Shown here: piece by piece, positions 29,661 through 39,581 of the stretch
Layout of the letters: each line of letters starts with the position of its first letter
Position numbering within the stretch: position 1 is the first letter of the stretch
Source: Fibrobacteria bacterium
Lineage (GTDB): Bacteria; Fibrobacterota; Fibrobacteria; UBA11236; JADFYW01
Direction of reading: 5' to 3'
DNA length: 64,000 bases
Assembly (NCBI GenBank): GCA_050294405.1
Contig: JBNKOC010000016.1
Location: 128,001 to 192,000 of the forward strand
Notes under the pieces: model-generated
Database searches by the model: none
What the model was told of the DNA's origin: nothing
The model's input: only the letters and a program-made list of their open reading frames with translations
Translations under genes and position numbers: made by a program

Positions 29661-30737
29661 TCACTCCAATAAAATCTTCTTCTGGCTGATTTGATTAATT
29701 TGTTTTACTCTAAGGATATACATTCCAGTTTTAACAGAAGGAGAAATATTAACGCTATTTTTACCGGATCCTTTTGAAATTAATATTCCTTTTAAATCAA
29801 ACAAGGAATATTGGAATTCTCCAGAAACAAATATGCTGTAATTTTTATTAACAATTTGAGGCTCAGTATTGCTAAAAGGTGTTTTTATTTCCGTGCCAGT
29901 ACTATCCTCATTTTGTGCTTCAATAATTTCTAACATTTGGGCGGCGTATCTTCTGCCAAATTCCCGGTTGCCCTCAGAGTCAAAATGAAACTGATCTTTT
30001 CCTGTTAGGCCTTCCGCAGAAATTACATAGGAATTGGGAATAATATCAGGCACATCTGCGATTATAGAGTTGTGGCCACCTGTGGTACCCCCCTGATTTT
30101 CATATAAGAGTTCTCCAACTAAGAGTGGTGTTTTTTCGGCTTCTAGCTCCAGGTCTCTTATGTATTGATTATACACGCGTTTTACTTTTTCTGGCCAATC
30201 TCTATCTCCGTTATTCGATTCGCCTTGATGCAATAAAATGCCCTTGATAACTCCTGTATCCTGCGCTTTTTTCGCCATTTCTAAAATCCAGGCGTAGGCG
30301 CTTCCATTGTATTTACCAGGAACATAATTGTATGTATCATAACCATCAAAACCTTCATCGTTAAATAGGGCGATGTCACATCCGGGAATAGCCACAACGA
30401 TAATACCTACTTTTATAGAATCGGGGAGCTCTTCTGCCAGGGTTCTGCCAAAATAATCGCCAGGTCCGATTCCTCCGTTGCAACCTCCCCATAGAGGGGG
30501 AATAGCAGGGTACCATTCGCCAAATGTATGTCCCCGGCTCCCACAATCCATGGGTGCCATCATTTTAAATCGTGAGCTGACTTCGCGGTCCTGGCTCTCA
30601 ATACTCCCGGCTCCGGCCATATTGCTTTGTCCAAAGGCAAGATAAACATGAAAATTTGGATCCTGAGCGAATGGGAGGGAAACGGTAATAAGAAAAAGTA
30701 ATGCAACATGTTTTAAAAATTGGCTTGAGTCAATCAT
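29661..30737 (-). CDS. CE6/SASA-family acetylxylan or sialate O-acetylesterase with T9SS-like CTD
   Basis: QDPNFHVYLAFGQSNMAG, LLHQGES, DQFHF; C-terminal FDLKG..GMYILRV. Confidence 0.88.
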   Translation of the reverse strand: MIDSSQFLKHVALLFLITVSLPFAQDPNFHVYLAFGQSNMAGAGSIESQDREVSSRFKMMAPMDCGSRGHTFGEWYPAIPPLWGGCNGGIGPGDYFGRTLAEELPDSIKVGIIVVAIPGCDIALFNDEGFDGYDTYNYVPGKYNGSAYAWILEMAKKAQDTGVIKGILLHQGESNNGDRDWPEKVKRVYNQYIRDLELEAEKTPLLVGELLYENQGGTTGGHNSIIADVPDIIPNSYVISAEGLTGKDQFHFDSEGNREFGRRYAAQMLEIIEAQNEDSTGTEIKTPFSNTEPQIVNKNYSIFVSGEFQYSLFDLKGILISKGSGKNSVNISPSVKTGMYILRVKQINQISQKKILLE

Positions 30738-30890
30738 AATTGGACCCTTCCCCAGGAATGGCTGAAGTTGGTAAAATGGAGCCCAAATCGCAAATAATTG
30801 CAATCCAAATTACTAAAATGGAATCCCCTTCCCGAATCCCTGTTAACCCTAATTTATTGCCAAAATTTTAAAAACACAAGCGATTTGTTT

Positions 30891-31097
30891 TTAACAGCCG
30901 CAGCCTCCGCCGGAAGAGGCCGCTCCCATTCCTTGAGCTCCCTCTTGTATGGACAAAATTTTTTCTTCCATTTGGATAGGTAGGGCGTCCTCATCAGTTT
31001 GCATAATGGGTTCTGCTAATTTGCCCCTAGCGTAAGGCGGGACTTTGGAGCAGTGAAGCAAAAAGAAAAATAAAAGCAGCAAGCATACATATTTCAT
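30891..31097 (-). CDS. DUF4266 family lipoprotein
   Basis: C..VPPYARGKLA.PIM..EGA.G....GGGCGC. Confidence 0.88.
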   Translation of the reverse strand: MKYVCLLLLFFFLLHCSKVPPYARGKLAEPIMQTDEDALPIQMEEKILSIQEGAQGMGAASSGGGCGC

Positions 31098-31108
31098 ATT
31101 AAATCTCT

Positions 31109-32506
31109 TTAATAGTTAAAATAAACTCCTGTACGAAAAACCCAGGCCTCCAGGCCTTTTTTATCATAAAACTCAAATCTGCGTAACCTTATGTTAGCAT
31201 CCTTCGAAGTGCTTCGGGTATATTTTGAAATTTCAATTTCAAAACGCGATAAATAGATATCGAAGTCACGGGAGGAAATGCTTTTTTCAAAATTATTTAA
31301 CAATAAAACCAGGCGGAATTTTGCTAGCTGGGAATAAAAGGAAGAAAGTCCGGGGTCTACGGTATAGTAACTTAAATAGTCTTTATGTTCGGGGTTTAAG
31401 TTATAGTCAAAATAATTGTCCCGGTAAAAAAATGCAGCAGATTGATAGTAGTACCTGTATTGTAAATCCACAAAAAACTTACTGCTGATGTTTTGTTTTA
31501 GTATCCCTTTTGCAGAAACGGCCTGAATACCCCAGTTGTCGCTATATATAGAAGTTTCTAAGTGCACAGCGCCATCATGCCCATAGGTAGGATAACCTTG
31601 AATTATTTTTAAGCTTAAAGATTGAGCTATTTTTTCCTCAGGATAACTTTCCCAAATAAAGCTTCCCCCGGATTCTGCATCGTTATTTGAGCTTGATATC
31701 AGCACAGGGTAATAAACATTCCCTAACATCTTTTCATTGGAATTATCCCAACTTCCCCATTTGTTGGAGAGTATGAGGTTATAAGTAATTAGCCCTAAGC
31801 TGGAGGGAGATAGGGTTTGGGTGGCATTTGCTTTTATGTTATCAATATATCTTTTTCTTATTAGCCCGTTTCGAAAGCTTTCATCAATAGGTTCAAGTTT
31901 ATCTTGATATCGTGAATAATCCAAAGCAAGAGAAAGGTTTTTTTTGAATAAGTCTATTTTTCCCTGTGCTCCGGCATTGGTGGATTCGTAATCTGTTTCT
32001 TTGCTGTACCCTAATTTGATTCCCGCCAAAAAATTTTTGAAAAAGAGTTTTAACTGCCCTCCCCATTCATGTCGTTTTTCCTTTTGACTGGCTCCGGAAA
32101 TAGCATCTAAGGATAAGCTATTGGGAGATTCTAGGCCACTATAATAAATGTTTTCAGAGTTACCAGTAACCCATCTAATAGATGCTGAACTAAAGGCATC
32201 AACATCAATGCTATCGTTGGGGGAATATGGTTCAGTTGGAAGGGTTTTTGGGTTAAAGGGTTTTCGAGAGGCCGCAGTAATAGCATCCAGGGTGTAATGT
32301 GCTCCAAGTTCTAGTCTAGAGTTTATTTTTTTTGTGAGATTTATGTAAGGCTGGTTTACGCTTAGTTTGTTATTGTCCTGGTAACTTTGGTAATAAAATT
32401 GAAGGCTGTTTTTTGGGGCTTCCCCATGTAAAGTTAAAATTGCGGTGGAAGCCAGTAGTAACCACTTAGTTTTGCCCCATAGATCGGCTTTTTTTAACTT
32501 TTTCAT
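31109..32506 (-). CDS. DUF3570 family outer-membrane protein
   Basis: DAITAAS/DAISGAS, SKETDYES, YSDNWGI, YRYYYQSAAFFY; adjacent to DUF4266. Confidence 0.8.
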   Translation of the reverse strand: MKKLKKADLWGKTKWLLLASTAILTLHGEAPKNSLQFYYQSYQDNNKLSVNQPYINLTKKINSRLELGAHYTLDAITAASRKPFNPKTLPTEPYSPNDSIDVDAFSSASIRWVTGNSENIYYSGLESPNSLSLDAISGASQKEKRHEWGGQLKLFFKNFLAGIKLGYSKETDYESTNAGAQGKIDLFKKNLSLALDYSRYQDKLEPIDESFRNGLIRKRYIDNIKANATQTLSPSSLGLITYNLILSNKWGSWDNSNEKMLGNVYYPVLISSSNNDAESGGSFIWESYPEEKIAQSLSLKIIQGYPTYGHDGAVHLETSIYSDNWGIQAVSAKGILKQNISSKFFVDLQYRYYYQSAAFFYRDNYFDYNLNPEHKDYLSYYTVDPGLSSFYSQLAKFRLVLLLNNFEKSISSRDFDIYLSRFEIEISKYTRSTSKDANIRLRRFEFYDKKGLEAWVFRTGVYFNY

Positions 32507-32508
32507 AA

Positions 32509-33708
32509 TCAGGGTGGTGTAAGTGACATATGTTCTGGGTACCAAGGCGTTTCGTAAAAAGTTTTGGTATGGCAGGATCCGTTGTTATATACTCCAGAAC
32601 TCCAACATGTTTTTTTTATGGGGTTCCAGGCGCCAAGGGTTTGGTAAATTAATCTGGTGGTGTCACCACTTATGTTATCTGTGTCTGCGCTTACCAGTCT
32701 TTGTTTGTAATAAGTATGCTCCATGTTGTAAAATTCAATATCCAACTTGCCGTTCCCATGCAGGGAGCTTGTGGTTGTTAATTGTAAATTGTCATAATCC
32801 AGGGAGGAATCTTTTTCCAAAGTGTATAGGGTATCCTCTTTTATCTGGGAAAGCGTTCCATTGTTGCTTAATAAGAAAAAACGTCCCTTACCTTTAATAA
32901 AGGTGCTGAATTCCTCCAAGATATCTTCTGGGTAGTCGTCAAATGGGGGCTCCACGACAGATTTTAGGTTGTAATTGATTATGTACTTTTGATCAAAGGC
33001 CGGGACCCTGGCGACAAATTTTTGGTTGTCCTCGTACAATGTATAGTCTACTTTGGGAATGATGGCTATAAAATGGTTAACAGGCCCTATTTCTCGGGTA
33101 TAAATCTCTTTTCCTTTTAATTTAAAACCGCATGTATTATAAAAAACAGGGTTCAAATAAATCAAACTGTCAGCGCTATTAACGCTATCAAGAGGGTGGT
33201 GTTCGAATCCCGAATCTGACCAAACTATTTTGTCTAAGGGGCCAATAGTATAACCCGTAAAAGTCAGGCTATCTAAGTTACCAACATACAAGCTGTCGTT
33301 GGAAATTCTGGCCTCGCACAAATTGTATTCTCTTTCCTGAAAAATAACCCTGTCTAAATATAAACTGTCTCCAGATACCTTTAATTTTTGGTATCCCCCT
33401 AAATTACGAGGATAGTTTCTCTTGAACTCATGTATCCATGGCATTTTTATAATGGAACCTCCATGGCAATCCTTACAGGAGATTTGGTAGGAGGCGGATT
33501 GCTCAAATAAGTGGAAGTTGTGCATACCAGAGTTTGGAGGGGATAGGTGGCAGCTTTGACAACTTGCTTGTTCAACTTGGAACCCAGAATCATTACTGAC
33601 ATTTTGGCAGCCACTCTGCAAAAATGAGAAAATAAGAAGACCTGTTAAAGGAAGGGGCATTCTTTTGAAACGAAAAAAGGTTGGACAAAACTCCCAATTT
33701 CGAGACAT
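32509..33708 (-). CDS. Multiheme c-type cytochrome lipoprotein (2 CxxCH plus a C-terminal C-X10-CH)
   Basis: CQSCH, CKDCH, LHGNGKLDI, CWSSGVYNNGSCH; lipobox-like LQSGC; SD AGGAGG before ATG 33708. Confidence 0.7.
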   Translation of the reverse strand: MSRNWEFCPTFFRFKRMPLPLTGLLIFSFLQSGCQNVSNDSGFQVEQASCQSCHLSPPNSGMHNFHLFEQSASYQISCKDCHGGSIIKMPWIHEFKRNYPRNLGGYQKLKVSGDSLYLDRVIFQEREYNLCEARISNDSLYVGNLDSLTFTGYTIGPLDKIVWSDSGFEHHPLDSVNSADSLIYLNPVFYNTCGFKLKGKEIYTREIGPVNHFIAIIPKVDYTLYEDNQKFVARVPAFDQKYIINYNLKSVVEPPFDDYPEDILEEFSTFIKGKGRFFLLSNNGTLSQIKEDTLYTLEKDSSLDYDNLQLTTTSSLHGNGKLDIEFYNMEHTYYKQRLVSADTDNISGDTTRLIYQTLGAWNPIKKTCWSSGVYNNGSCHTKTFYETPWYPEHMSLTPP

Positions 33709-33833
33709 TTGAATCCCCTCCTTCATTTTTATCAGGCTTCCCTTTAAATCTAAAGCCAAACATAAATATCAAAGCAAAATTTACGCCCAATCATTACGCC
33801 ATAAAAGGGGGTGCTTTATCTCATAAACCTTTT

Positions 33834-33875
33834 ATTGAAACACAATTTAAACAAAGCTTTAATCATTAATAAACA
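33834..33875 (+). promoter_or_regulatory. 11-bp-period direct repeats (Pho-box-like)
   Basis: ATTGAAACA (33834), ATTTAAACA (33845), degenerate unit (33856), TAATAAACA (33867). Confidence 0.5.
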
Positions 33876-33924
33876 TCTCGGATTTAGCTTTTGGAAAAAT
33901 TTAAGCTATAAGAGGAGATATACT

Positions 33925-36654
33925 ATGCCATATTATCTATGGGTTCTTTTGTTTTCAATCACGTCGTCATTTGCTATGCAAATGACTATTGTTCCCAAGG
34001 CATCTATAAAATTAGGTGCTTTTGACGAGGGGGCTGCTGAAATTTCTGCTTTTGATCCCTTGGAGAAAAAAATATTTGTAACTAACGCGGAAAAAAATGG
34101 CATTGATGTCATTAGCCTTAATGAAGACTTATCTCTTTCCCATGATTTCTATATTGATTGCAGCCCCTATGGTGGAGGCATTAACAGCGTAGCTTTTAAA
34201 AACAATATGTTGGTAGCCGCTATCGAGGCTAATGTAAAACAGGATCCAGGGCTGATTGTTGTTTTTGATGGAAATGGAAATTACCTGAAGGAATTTGAGG
34301 CCGGAGCCCTTCCCGATATGGTTACTTTTTCCCCCAATGGAAAGTACATTTTATCTGCAAATGAGGGGGAGCCCAATGATTCTTACACTGTGGATCCTGA
34401 AGGCAGCGTCACTATTGTAAATATTTCTGCCGGGTTGCATAAGGCAAAGGCCCGTCAGGTTTCTTTTGGCCGCTTTAACAAATATAAAAAATGGCTATTG
34501 CATAAAGGTGTTCGTATTTATGGCCCTGGTGCTTCCGTGGCGCAGGATTTAGAGCCAGAGTACATAACAGTCGATGCGAATAATCGTTTTGCCTATGTCT
34601 CTTTACAAGAGAATAATGCACTTGCCGTAATTGATATTAAGCATGGCTATTGTATCCGTATTTTGCCTTTAGGTTTAAAGGACTTTTCCGAGCCTGGTTA
34701 CGGTCTGGATGCAAGTGATAAGGATGACAAAATTAACATTAATAATTGGCCCGTTTATGGAATGTATATGCCTGACGCTATTAGCTCTTATAATTTTAAA
34801 GGCAGAACATTTATTGTGACCGCCAATGAAGGTGACTCCCGTGATTACGATGGGTACAGTGAAGAACTCAGAGTTAAGGATTTAGAATTAGATCCTGCTA
34901 TTTTTGGGGATGTGAGCGAGTTACAATCAAATGAAAATCTGGGAAGATTAAAAACAACTTCTGCGTTAAATAAATTTAATGATCAAAATCAGGTTCAAAA
35001 AATATTGAGTTATGGAGCAAGGTCTTTTAGCATTTTTACCCACTACGGAAAAAAAGTGTATGATAGCGGAGATGACTTTGAGAAAATTACTTCCAGTGTG
35101 TATGTAAATGATTTTAATTCAACGAATGATGAAAATGGTTCTTTTGATGGCCGCAGTGACGATAAGGGCCCTGAACCCGAAGCGCTTGTCCTTGGTGAAA
35201 TAAATGGCAAAACTATTGCCTTTATTGGGCTAGAAAGAATTGGTGGAATAATGGCTTACGACATTACCAATCCCAGAAAAGTGAAATTTTTAAATTATGT
35301 TAATAATCGCAATTTTAATGTAGAAGCAGAATCTGAGGAAGCTGGGGATTTGGGTGTAGAGGGTTTGGTTTTTGTTAATGCCTCACAAAGCCCTAGTCAC
35401 AAACCTTTGCTGATATCTTCAAACGAAATCAGTGGAACAATTTCTGTATTTGAAATTGGAGAATTGGGAGTTCAGGAACCTGTAACACTTGACCGAAAGG
35501 AGTTGTTGAACCATGAGGGAGTTCAGATTTATCATGGGGGATTAGGTTCTGGAATGGCTGCACATCCATATTTGGCTGGATATTTTTATTTGATGACAGA
35601 TAGAGGCCCCAATGTAAATGGGGTTAAGGAAAATGGGAATAGTGTAAAAATATTTCCAGTTCCTGAATTTACCCCTGAAATCGGATTATTCAGGCTTAAC
35701 GGCAATAGAATGGTTAAAACATCTTCATTACCCATTAAAAATCCAGAGGGCTATAATATTACCGGGCTTCCAAATCCAATCGGCACAGGTTCTACAGGAG
35801 AAATAGCCAAAGATTTGGATGGAAATTATTTAGGAGAGGATGTTTATGGCTTAGATCCGGAAGGATTGGTTGCTTCCAAAGATGGAAGTTTTTGGCTAAG
35901 TGACGAATATGGCCCCCATATTGTCCATTTGGATGCAGAGGGAAAAACAATCGAGCGCATTAACCCCTATGGAACAGGTGAGGGGGGACGTAAACTTCCT
36001 TCCGTTTTAAAAAGGCGTCGTGCCAATAGGGGTATGGAGGGATTAACGCAAACTCCATCTGGAAAATTGGTCGGCATTATGCAGTCCAGTTTGGACAACC
36101 CCAGCAGCGCTGTTCGGTCAACATCAGCTATAACAAGAATATTATGGTTAGACCCTGTTTCCGGCAAAAGTAAGCAATTCCTATATATGCAGGATGCTCC
36201 AGGTTTATCCAATAGTGAAATTAGGAGTTTGGGAGAATCTAAATTTGTGGTTTTGGAGCGGGATGGAGGTTTTCCTTCCGATGGTTCAAATTACAAAGAG
36301 TTTTATATAATTGATATGGAAAAAGCAACAGATGTTAGCGATATTTCGGATTCAGAAGATGGTCTGATGATTGGGGGAAAAACTCTGGAAGAATGCAGTC
36401 TGGAAGAAATAAAAGCTGCTGGGATTGTTCCCGTGAAAAAGAAATTATTGTTCAGTGCGCTAAACGGCATGGAGGGTTACTCCCATGATAAACCTGAAGG
36501 CTTTGAGTATTATCCTGAATCAGGGTTATTGGCCATAATAAATGATGATGACTTTGGAATTTTGGGAGATAATTCAGGAGGAATAGTTCCAAAAGTTTTA
36601 CCACTCACAAACGAAGTAGATAGAAATATTATGTATTTCGTAAATGTTAAATAA
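33925..36654 (+). CDS. Secreted alkaline-phosphatase-associated beta-propeller (choice-of-anchor I) fused to a phytase-like esterase domain
   Basis: AAEISAFD, GALPDMVTFSPNG, ANEGEP, DLEPEY, RSDDKGPEPE; second domain TDRGPN, DPEGL, SDEYGP, NRGMEG, KPEG, INDDDFG; SD AGGAG. Confidence 0.85.
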   Translation: MPYYLWVLLFSITSSFAMQMTIVPKASIKLGAFDEGAAEISAFDPLEKKIFVTNAEKNGIDVISLNEDLSLSHDFYIDCSPYGGGINSVAFKNNMLVAAIEANVKQDPGLIVVFDGNGNYLKEFEAGALPDMVTFSPNGKYILSANEGEPNDSYTVDPEGSVTIVNISAGLHKAKARQVSFGRFNKYKKWLLHKGVRIYGPGASVAQDLEPEYITVDANNRFAYVSLQENNALAVIDIKHGYCIRILPLGLKDFSEPGYGLDASDKDDKININNWPVYGMYMPDAISSYNFKGRTFIVTANEGDSRDYDGYSEELRVKDLELDPAIFGDVSELQSNENLGRLKTTSALNKFNDQNQVQKILSYGARSFSIFTHYGKKVYDSGDDFEKITSSVYVNDFNSTNDENGSFDGRSDDKGPEPEALVLGEINGKTIAFIGLERIGGIMAYDITNPRKVKFLNYVNNRNFNVEAESEEAGDLGVEGLVFVNASQSPSHKPLLISSNEISGTISVFEIGELGVQEPVTLDRKELLNHEGVQIYHGGLGSGMAAHPYLAGYFYLMTDRGPNVNGVKENGNSVKIFPVPEFTPEIGLFRLNGNRMVKTSSLPIKNPEGYNITGLPNPIGTGSTGEIAKDLDGNYLGEDVYGLDPEGLVASKDGSFWLSDEYGPHIVHLDAEGKTIERINPYGTGEGGRKLPSVLKRRRANRGMEGLTQTPSGKLVGIMQSSLDNPSSAVRSTSAITRILWLDPVSGKSKQFLYMQDAPGLSNSEIRSLGESKFVVLERDGGFPSDGSNYKEFYIIDMEKATDVSDISDSEDGLMIGGKTLEECSLEEIKAAGIVPVKKKLLFSALNGMEGYSHDKPEGFEYYPESGLLAIINDDDFGILGDNSGGIVPKVLPLTNEVDRNIMYFVNVK

Positions 36655-36657
36655 GCT

Positions 36658-37548
36658 TTAAGACACGGGGGAGAGGTATATATCTTTCCCCTTTGGTATG
36701 GCCCCTTGAATGGCGCATATTTTTGCGGCGAATTTTGAACAGCTATCCAATGTATTATGCAAACTTAAGCCGGATATTTTTCCATTAACATAAGCTGCTG
36801 AAAAGGCGTCACCAGCACCGATTGTATCAGCCAGCTGGGATTCCGGAGATAAAATTTCCCCAGGGACAATTTTGTGGAATTCACCTTTATGGTCAAGTGC
36901 AATAGCCCCTTTTTCGCCCATAGTGCAAATAATATTGCGCAGATTAAACTCGTTCAAAATGTTTTTTAAATTTTCTTCGTTAGAAGAGGCTGTGCAAAAG
37001 TAATCGGCTAGTATAAGCAGTTCTTTCTCATTCACTTTAAGATCTGTTGTATTTTTGAGACAAAACTCCAGGCTATCTTTGTGATAAAAGGGAGGTCTTA
37101 AATTTATATCGCAAAATACATTTGCGCCGGGATGTTTTTTGCGAATCGAGCTTAGAAGGGTATGATTTTCTGGAAAAAACATGCATAAGCTGCCAAAATA
37201 AATCCAACTGACGTTCTCTGTATTTTTTATTTGCAAGTTGGGGCTGATATTTTTCCACGCCGCCTTGGGGTCAATTTCAAAATGGTTGTCGCCATCTTTA
37301 AATCGGACTCTGGCTGTGCCAGTGGGGGCTTCTGAAGAAACATAAATTTCGGATTTTAAATTTTCATCTTCAATAAACTTTTGGATTTCCCCGCCATGCT
37401 GATCATTCCCTAAAGCTGTAATAAAATAGCTGTTGTTGCCAAATCGTTTTAAATGAACGGCCACATTTAAGGCCGCTCCTCCAATTTTGTTTCCTTCCGG
37501 GAGAATGTCCATGATGCATTCTCCAATACAAAGAATGTTTTCACTCAC
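36658..37548 (-). CDS. PfkB family fructokinase
   Basis: IGECIMD, GGAALNVA, DINLR, LKVNEKEL, DTIGAGDAF; GTG start inferred. Confidence 0.9.
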   Translation of the reverse strand: MSENILCIGECIMDILPEGNKIGGAALNVAVHLKRFGNNSYFITALGNDQHGGEIQKFIEDENLKSEIYVSSEAPTGTARVRFKDGDNHFEIDPKAAWKNISPNLQIKNTENVSWIYFGSLCMFFPENHTLLSSIRKKHPGANVFCDINLRPPFYHKDSLEFCLKNTTDLKVNEKELLILADYFCTASSNEENLKNILNEFNLRNIICTMGEKGAIALDHKGEFHKIVPGEILSPESQLADTIGAGDAFSAAYVNGKISGLSLHNTLDSCSKFAAKICAIQGAIPKGKDIYLSPVS

Positions 37549-37558
37549 TTTTGAAACC

Positions 37559-38845
37559 CTAACTATATATGCTTTTGGGTTTTTGAAATTTTGACTTGTA
37601 TTCAAAATCAAAAGTCTCGCAGCTGAGTTCGGCAATTTTTTCCCAGGAAAAATGATTGGAAGCGTATACGGCGCATATTTTCCTCAAACTATCACTTTGT
37701 TTTTCATTTTGAATAACATTGGCTAATGCCTCGCCGTAGGCTCTTGGGTTTTCTGGGTTTTCAACAAGGAAGGCAAGATCCTTATTTAAAAACTGCTTAA
37801 GGCCGCCTTTTTCTGTTATAACAGCGGGAGTTCCTGAAGCCATGCTTTCCACAGCCGTCATTCCAAAGGGTTCGTATCTTGATGAAAGTGCGAAAACACC
37901 GGCTGAACCGTAATAAAGGGGGAGGTCGTTATCTGATACATAGCCTCTCCATACAATATTCTGGGACACTCCCAGTTTATCTGACATTTGTTTGAGCTCA
38001 TTGATTTTCTTTTCGTCTCTTTTTGAATTTTTCCCACCGAAACAAGCTAGCAGCCTGATTTCCGGGTTAACTTTTAATGCATATGGTAAGCTCTTTATTA
38101 ATAAATCATAGCCCTTGTTATAAGCCATTCGACCTATGGCTAAAATATCAGTTGAACGTATATCATTTTCTTCCTGAAATTTTTTAATGGTTTTTTCGGT
38201 ACGAGGGTAAAAACGGCATACATCATAACCAGCAGGGACAACAGAAATTTTTTGGATGGGAACAGAGTACACTTCAGCCATAATGTCTCTTTGTTCGTTC
38301 GAAGTGGCGATTAAGGACTGACATCTGTTATACATCCAGGTTTCTTTTTGAATTCTTTCATGAAAACGGTATTTCTGTTCGCTTCCCTTGTTTAACTTTC
38401 TCTTAAGCCAGCCAGTGGAGTGAGGGACATGAACATGGGGAATGCCCAATTTTTCAGCAATAACCTGAGTCGCCCAGCCAGCATCCCAATAGTGGGAATA
38501 AGCTAAATCGTATTCAATTCCCTTTGCATCTACTTCTTTTAAAAAATTATTCACAAATTGGTGGATAACATCGTGTTGATCTTCTTTCCTTATGAATTTT
38601 GGGCCTCCATAAGGAATTCTCCAAAGTTTGATTCCATAATTACTGTATTCAATTTCAGGCTGGTTTTCGAATCTTCTGGTAATTAAATCCACCTGGTAGC
38701 CCATTTCGGCGAGCTGTTTGGCCATTTCCAGAACGTATACCACTTGACCCCCGGTATCGGGTCTTCCTAATTGTGGTTGGAGGGCTACATATCCATGAAG
38801 TGAGCTTATTAAAATTCTCTTTCCGTTTGGGTCGTTCCAGGTCAT
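37559..38845 (-). CDS. GT4 mannosylfructose/sucrose-phosphate synthase-like glycosyltransferase
   Basis: HGYVA..LG.PDTGGQVVYVLE, TRRFENQPE, SHYWDAG, YEPFGMTAVESMASG. Confidence 0.87.
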   Translation of the reverse strand: MTWNDPNGKRILISSLHGYVALQPQLGRPDTGGQVVYVLEMAKQLAEMGYQVDLITRRFENQPEIEYSNYGIKLWRIPYGGPKFIRKEDQHDVIHQFVNNFLKEVDAKGIEYDLAYSHYWDAGWATQVIAEKLGIPHVHVPHSTGWLKRKLNKGSEQKYRFHERIQKETWMYNRCQSLIATSNEQRDIMAEVYSVPIQKISVVPAGYDVCRFYPRTEKTIKKFQEENDIRSTDILAIGRMAYNKGYDLLIKSLPYALKVNPEIRLLACFGGKNSKRDEKKINELKQMSDKLGVSQNIVWRGYVSDNDLPLYYGSAGVFALSSRYEPFGMTAVESMASGTPAVITEKGGLKQFLNKDLAFLVENPENPRAYGEALANVIQNEKQSDSLRKICAVYASNHFSWEKIAELSCETFDFEYKSKFQKPKSIYS

Positions 38846-39064
38846 CAATGGCTCCTTGTTTTTTAGATAATCTATTTTTTATTAGACACTAATTATATCA
38901 TTAAAAAGATATATTTTATACTATAAAATAATAAGATAATTTCATAAATCTGTCAAAAAAAGAAAAAAATGGCCATAATTCTTTATGTTTTTTATTTTCG
39001 ATTAATTATTTGCTTATTAAGGAGGAGGATAAAAATAATTTTATAAGAATTTTTATCAATAAAA

Positions 39065-39081
39065 TGATATATAATATATCA
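39065..39081. promoter_or_regulatory. Palindrome, candidate operator
   Basis: TGATATAT-A-ATATATCA between the divergent synthase and MerR genes; the region is very AT-rich. Confidence 0.3.
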
Positions 39082-39158
39082 AAATAAAAGTAGGTTTTGT
39101 CATTTATTGAAGAGGAGTTAATTGTCATTTGGGAAATATTTGCTTATCATTTGAGCCC

Positions 39159-39581
39159 ATGAGTTGGAAAATTAATGAAGAAAAACCGCTGTTTACCATT
39201 GGTGCTGTTGCGGATATTTTGGGGATAAAACACCGAATGCTACGCCTTTATGAAGAAAATGGTTTGCTGCTTCCAAATCGAAGCCAAACCAATAGAAGGC
39301 AATATTCTCTAAAGGACATAGCTCATATAGCCTATTTAAATTACCTCAACAGTGTTAAAAAGGTGAACCTGTCTGGCCTGGTAGAAATCCAAAAAATTCT
39401 CGGAAAAATGACTGAAGAACAAACCGCCCAGTTTATGGATGAAATTGAAAAGGAAATTCAAAATCTTCCGAAGGAAGAAAAGAAGCGTTTTGTAGATCCC
39501 AGTGATGTTGATTTTGAAAAAGCAAAAACTGAATTTGAGGGCCTTCAAACAAGACCCTCAAAAAATAATCCGGAACATTAA
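39159..39581 (+). CDS. MerR family (HspR-like) transcriptional regulator
   Basis: PLFTIGAVADILGI..RMLRLYEENGLLLP.RS..NRRQYS. Confidence 0.88.
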   Translation: MSWKINEEKPLFTIGAVADILGIKHRMLRLYEENGLLLPNRSQTNRRQYSLKDIAHIAYLNYLNSVKKVNLSGLVEIQKILGKMTEEQTAQFMDEIEKEIQNLPKEEKKRFVDPSDVDFEKAKTEFEGLQTRPSKNNPEH

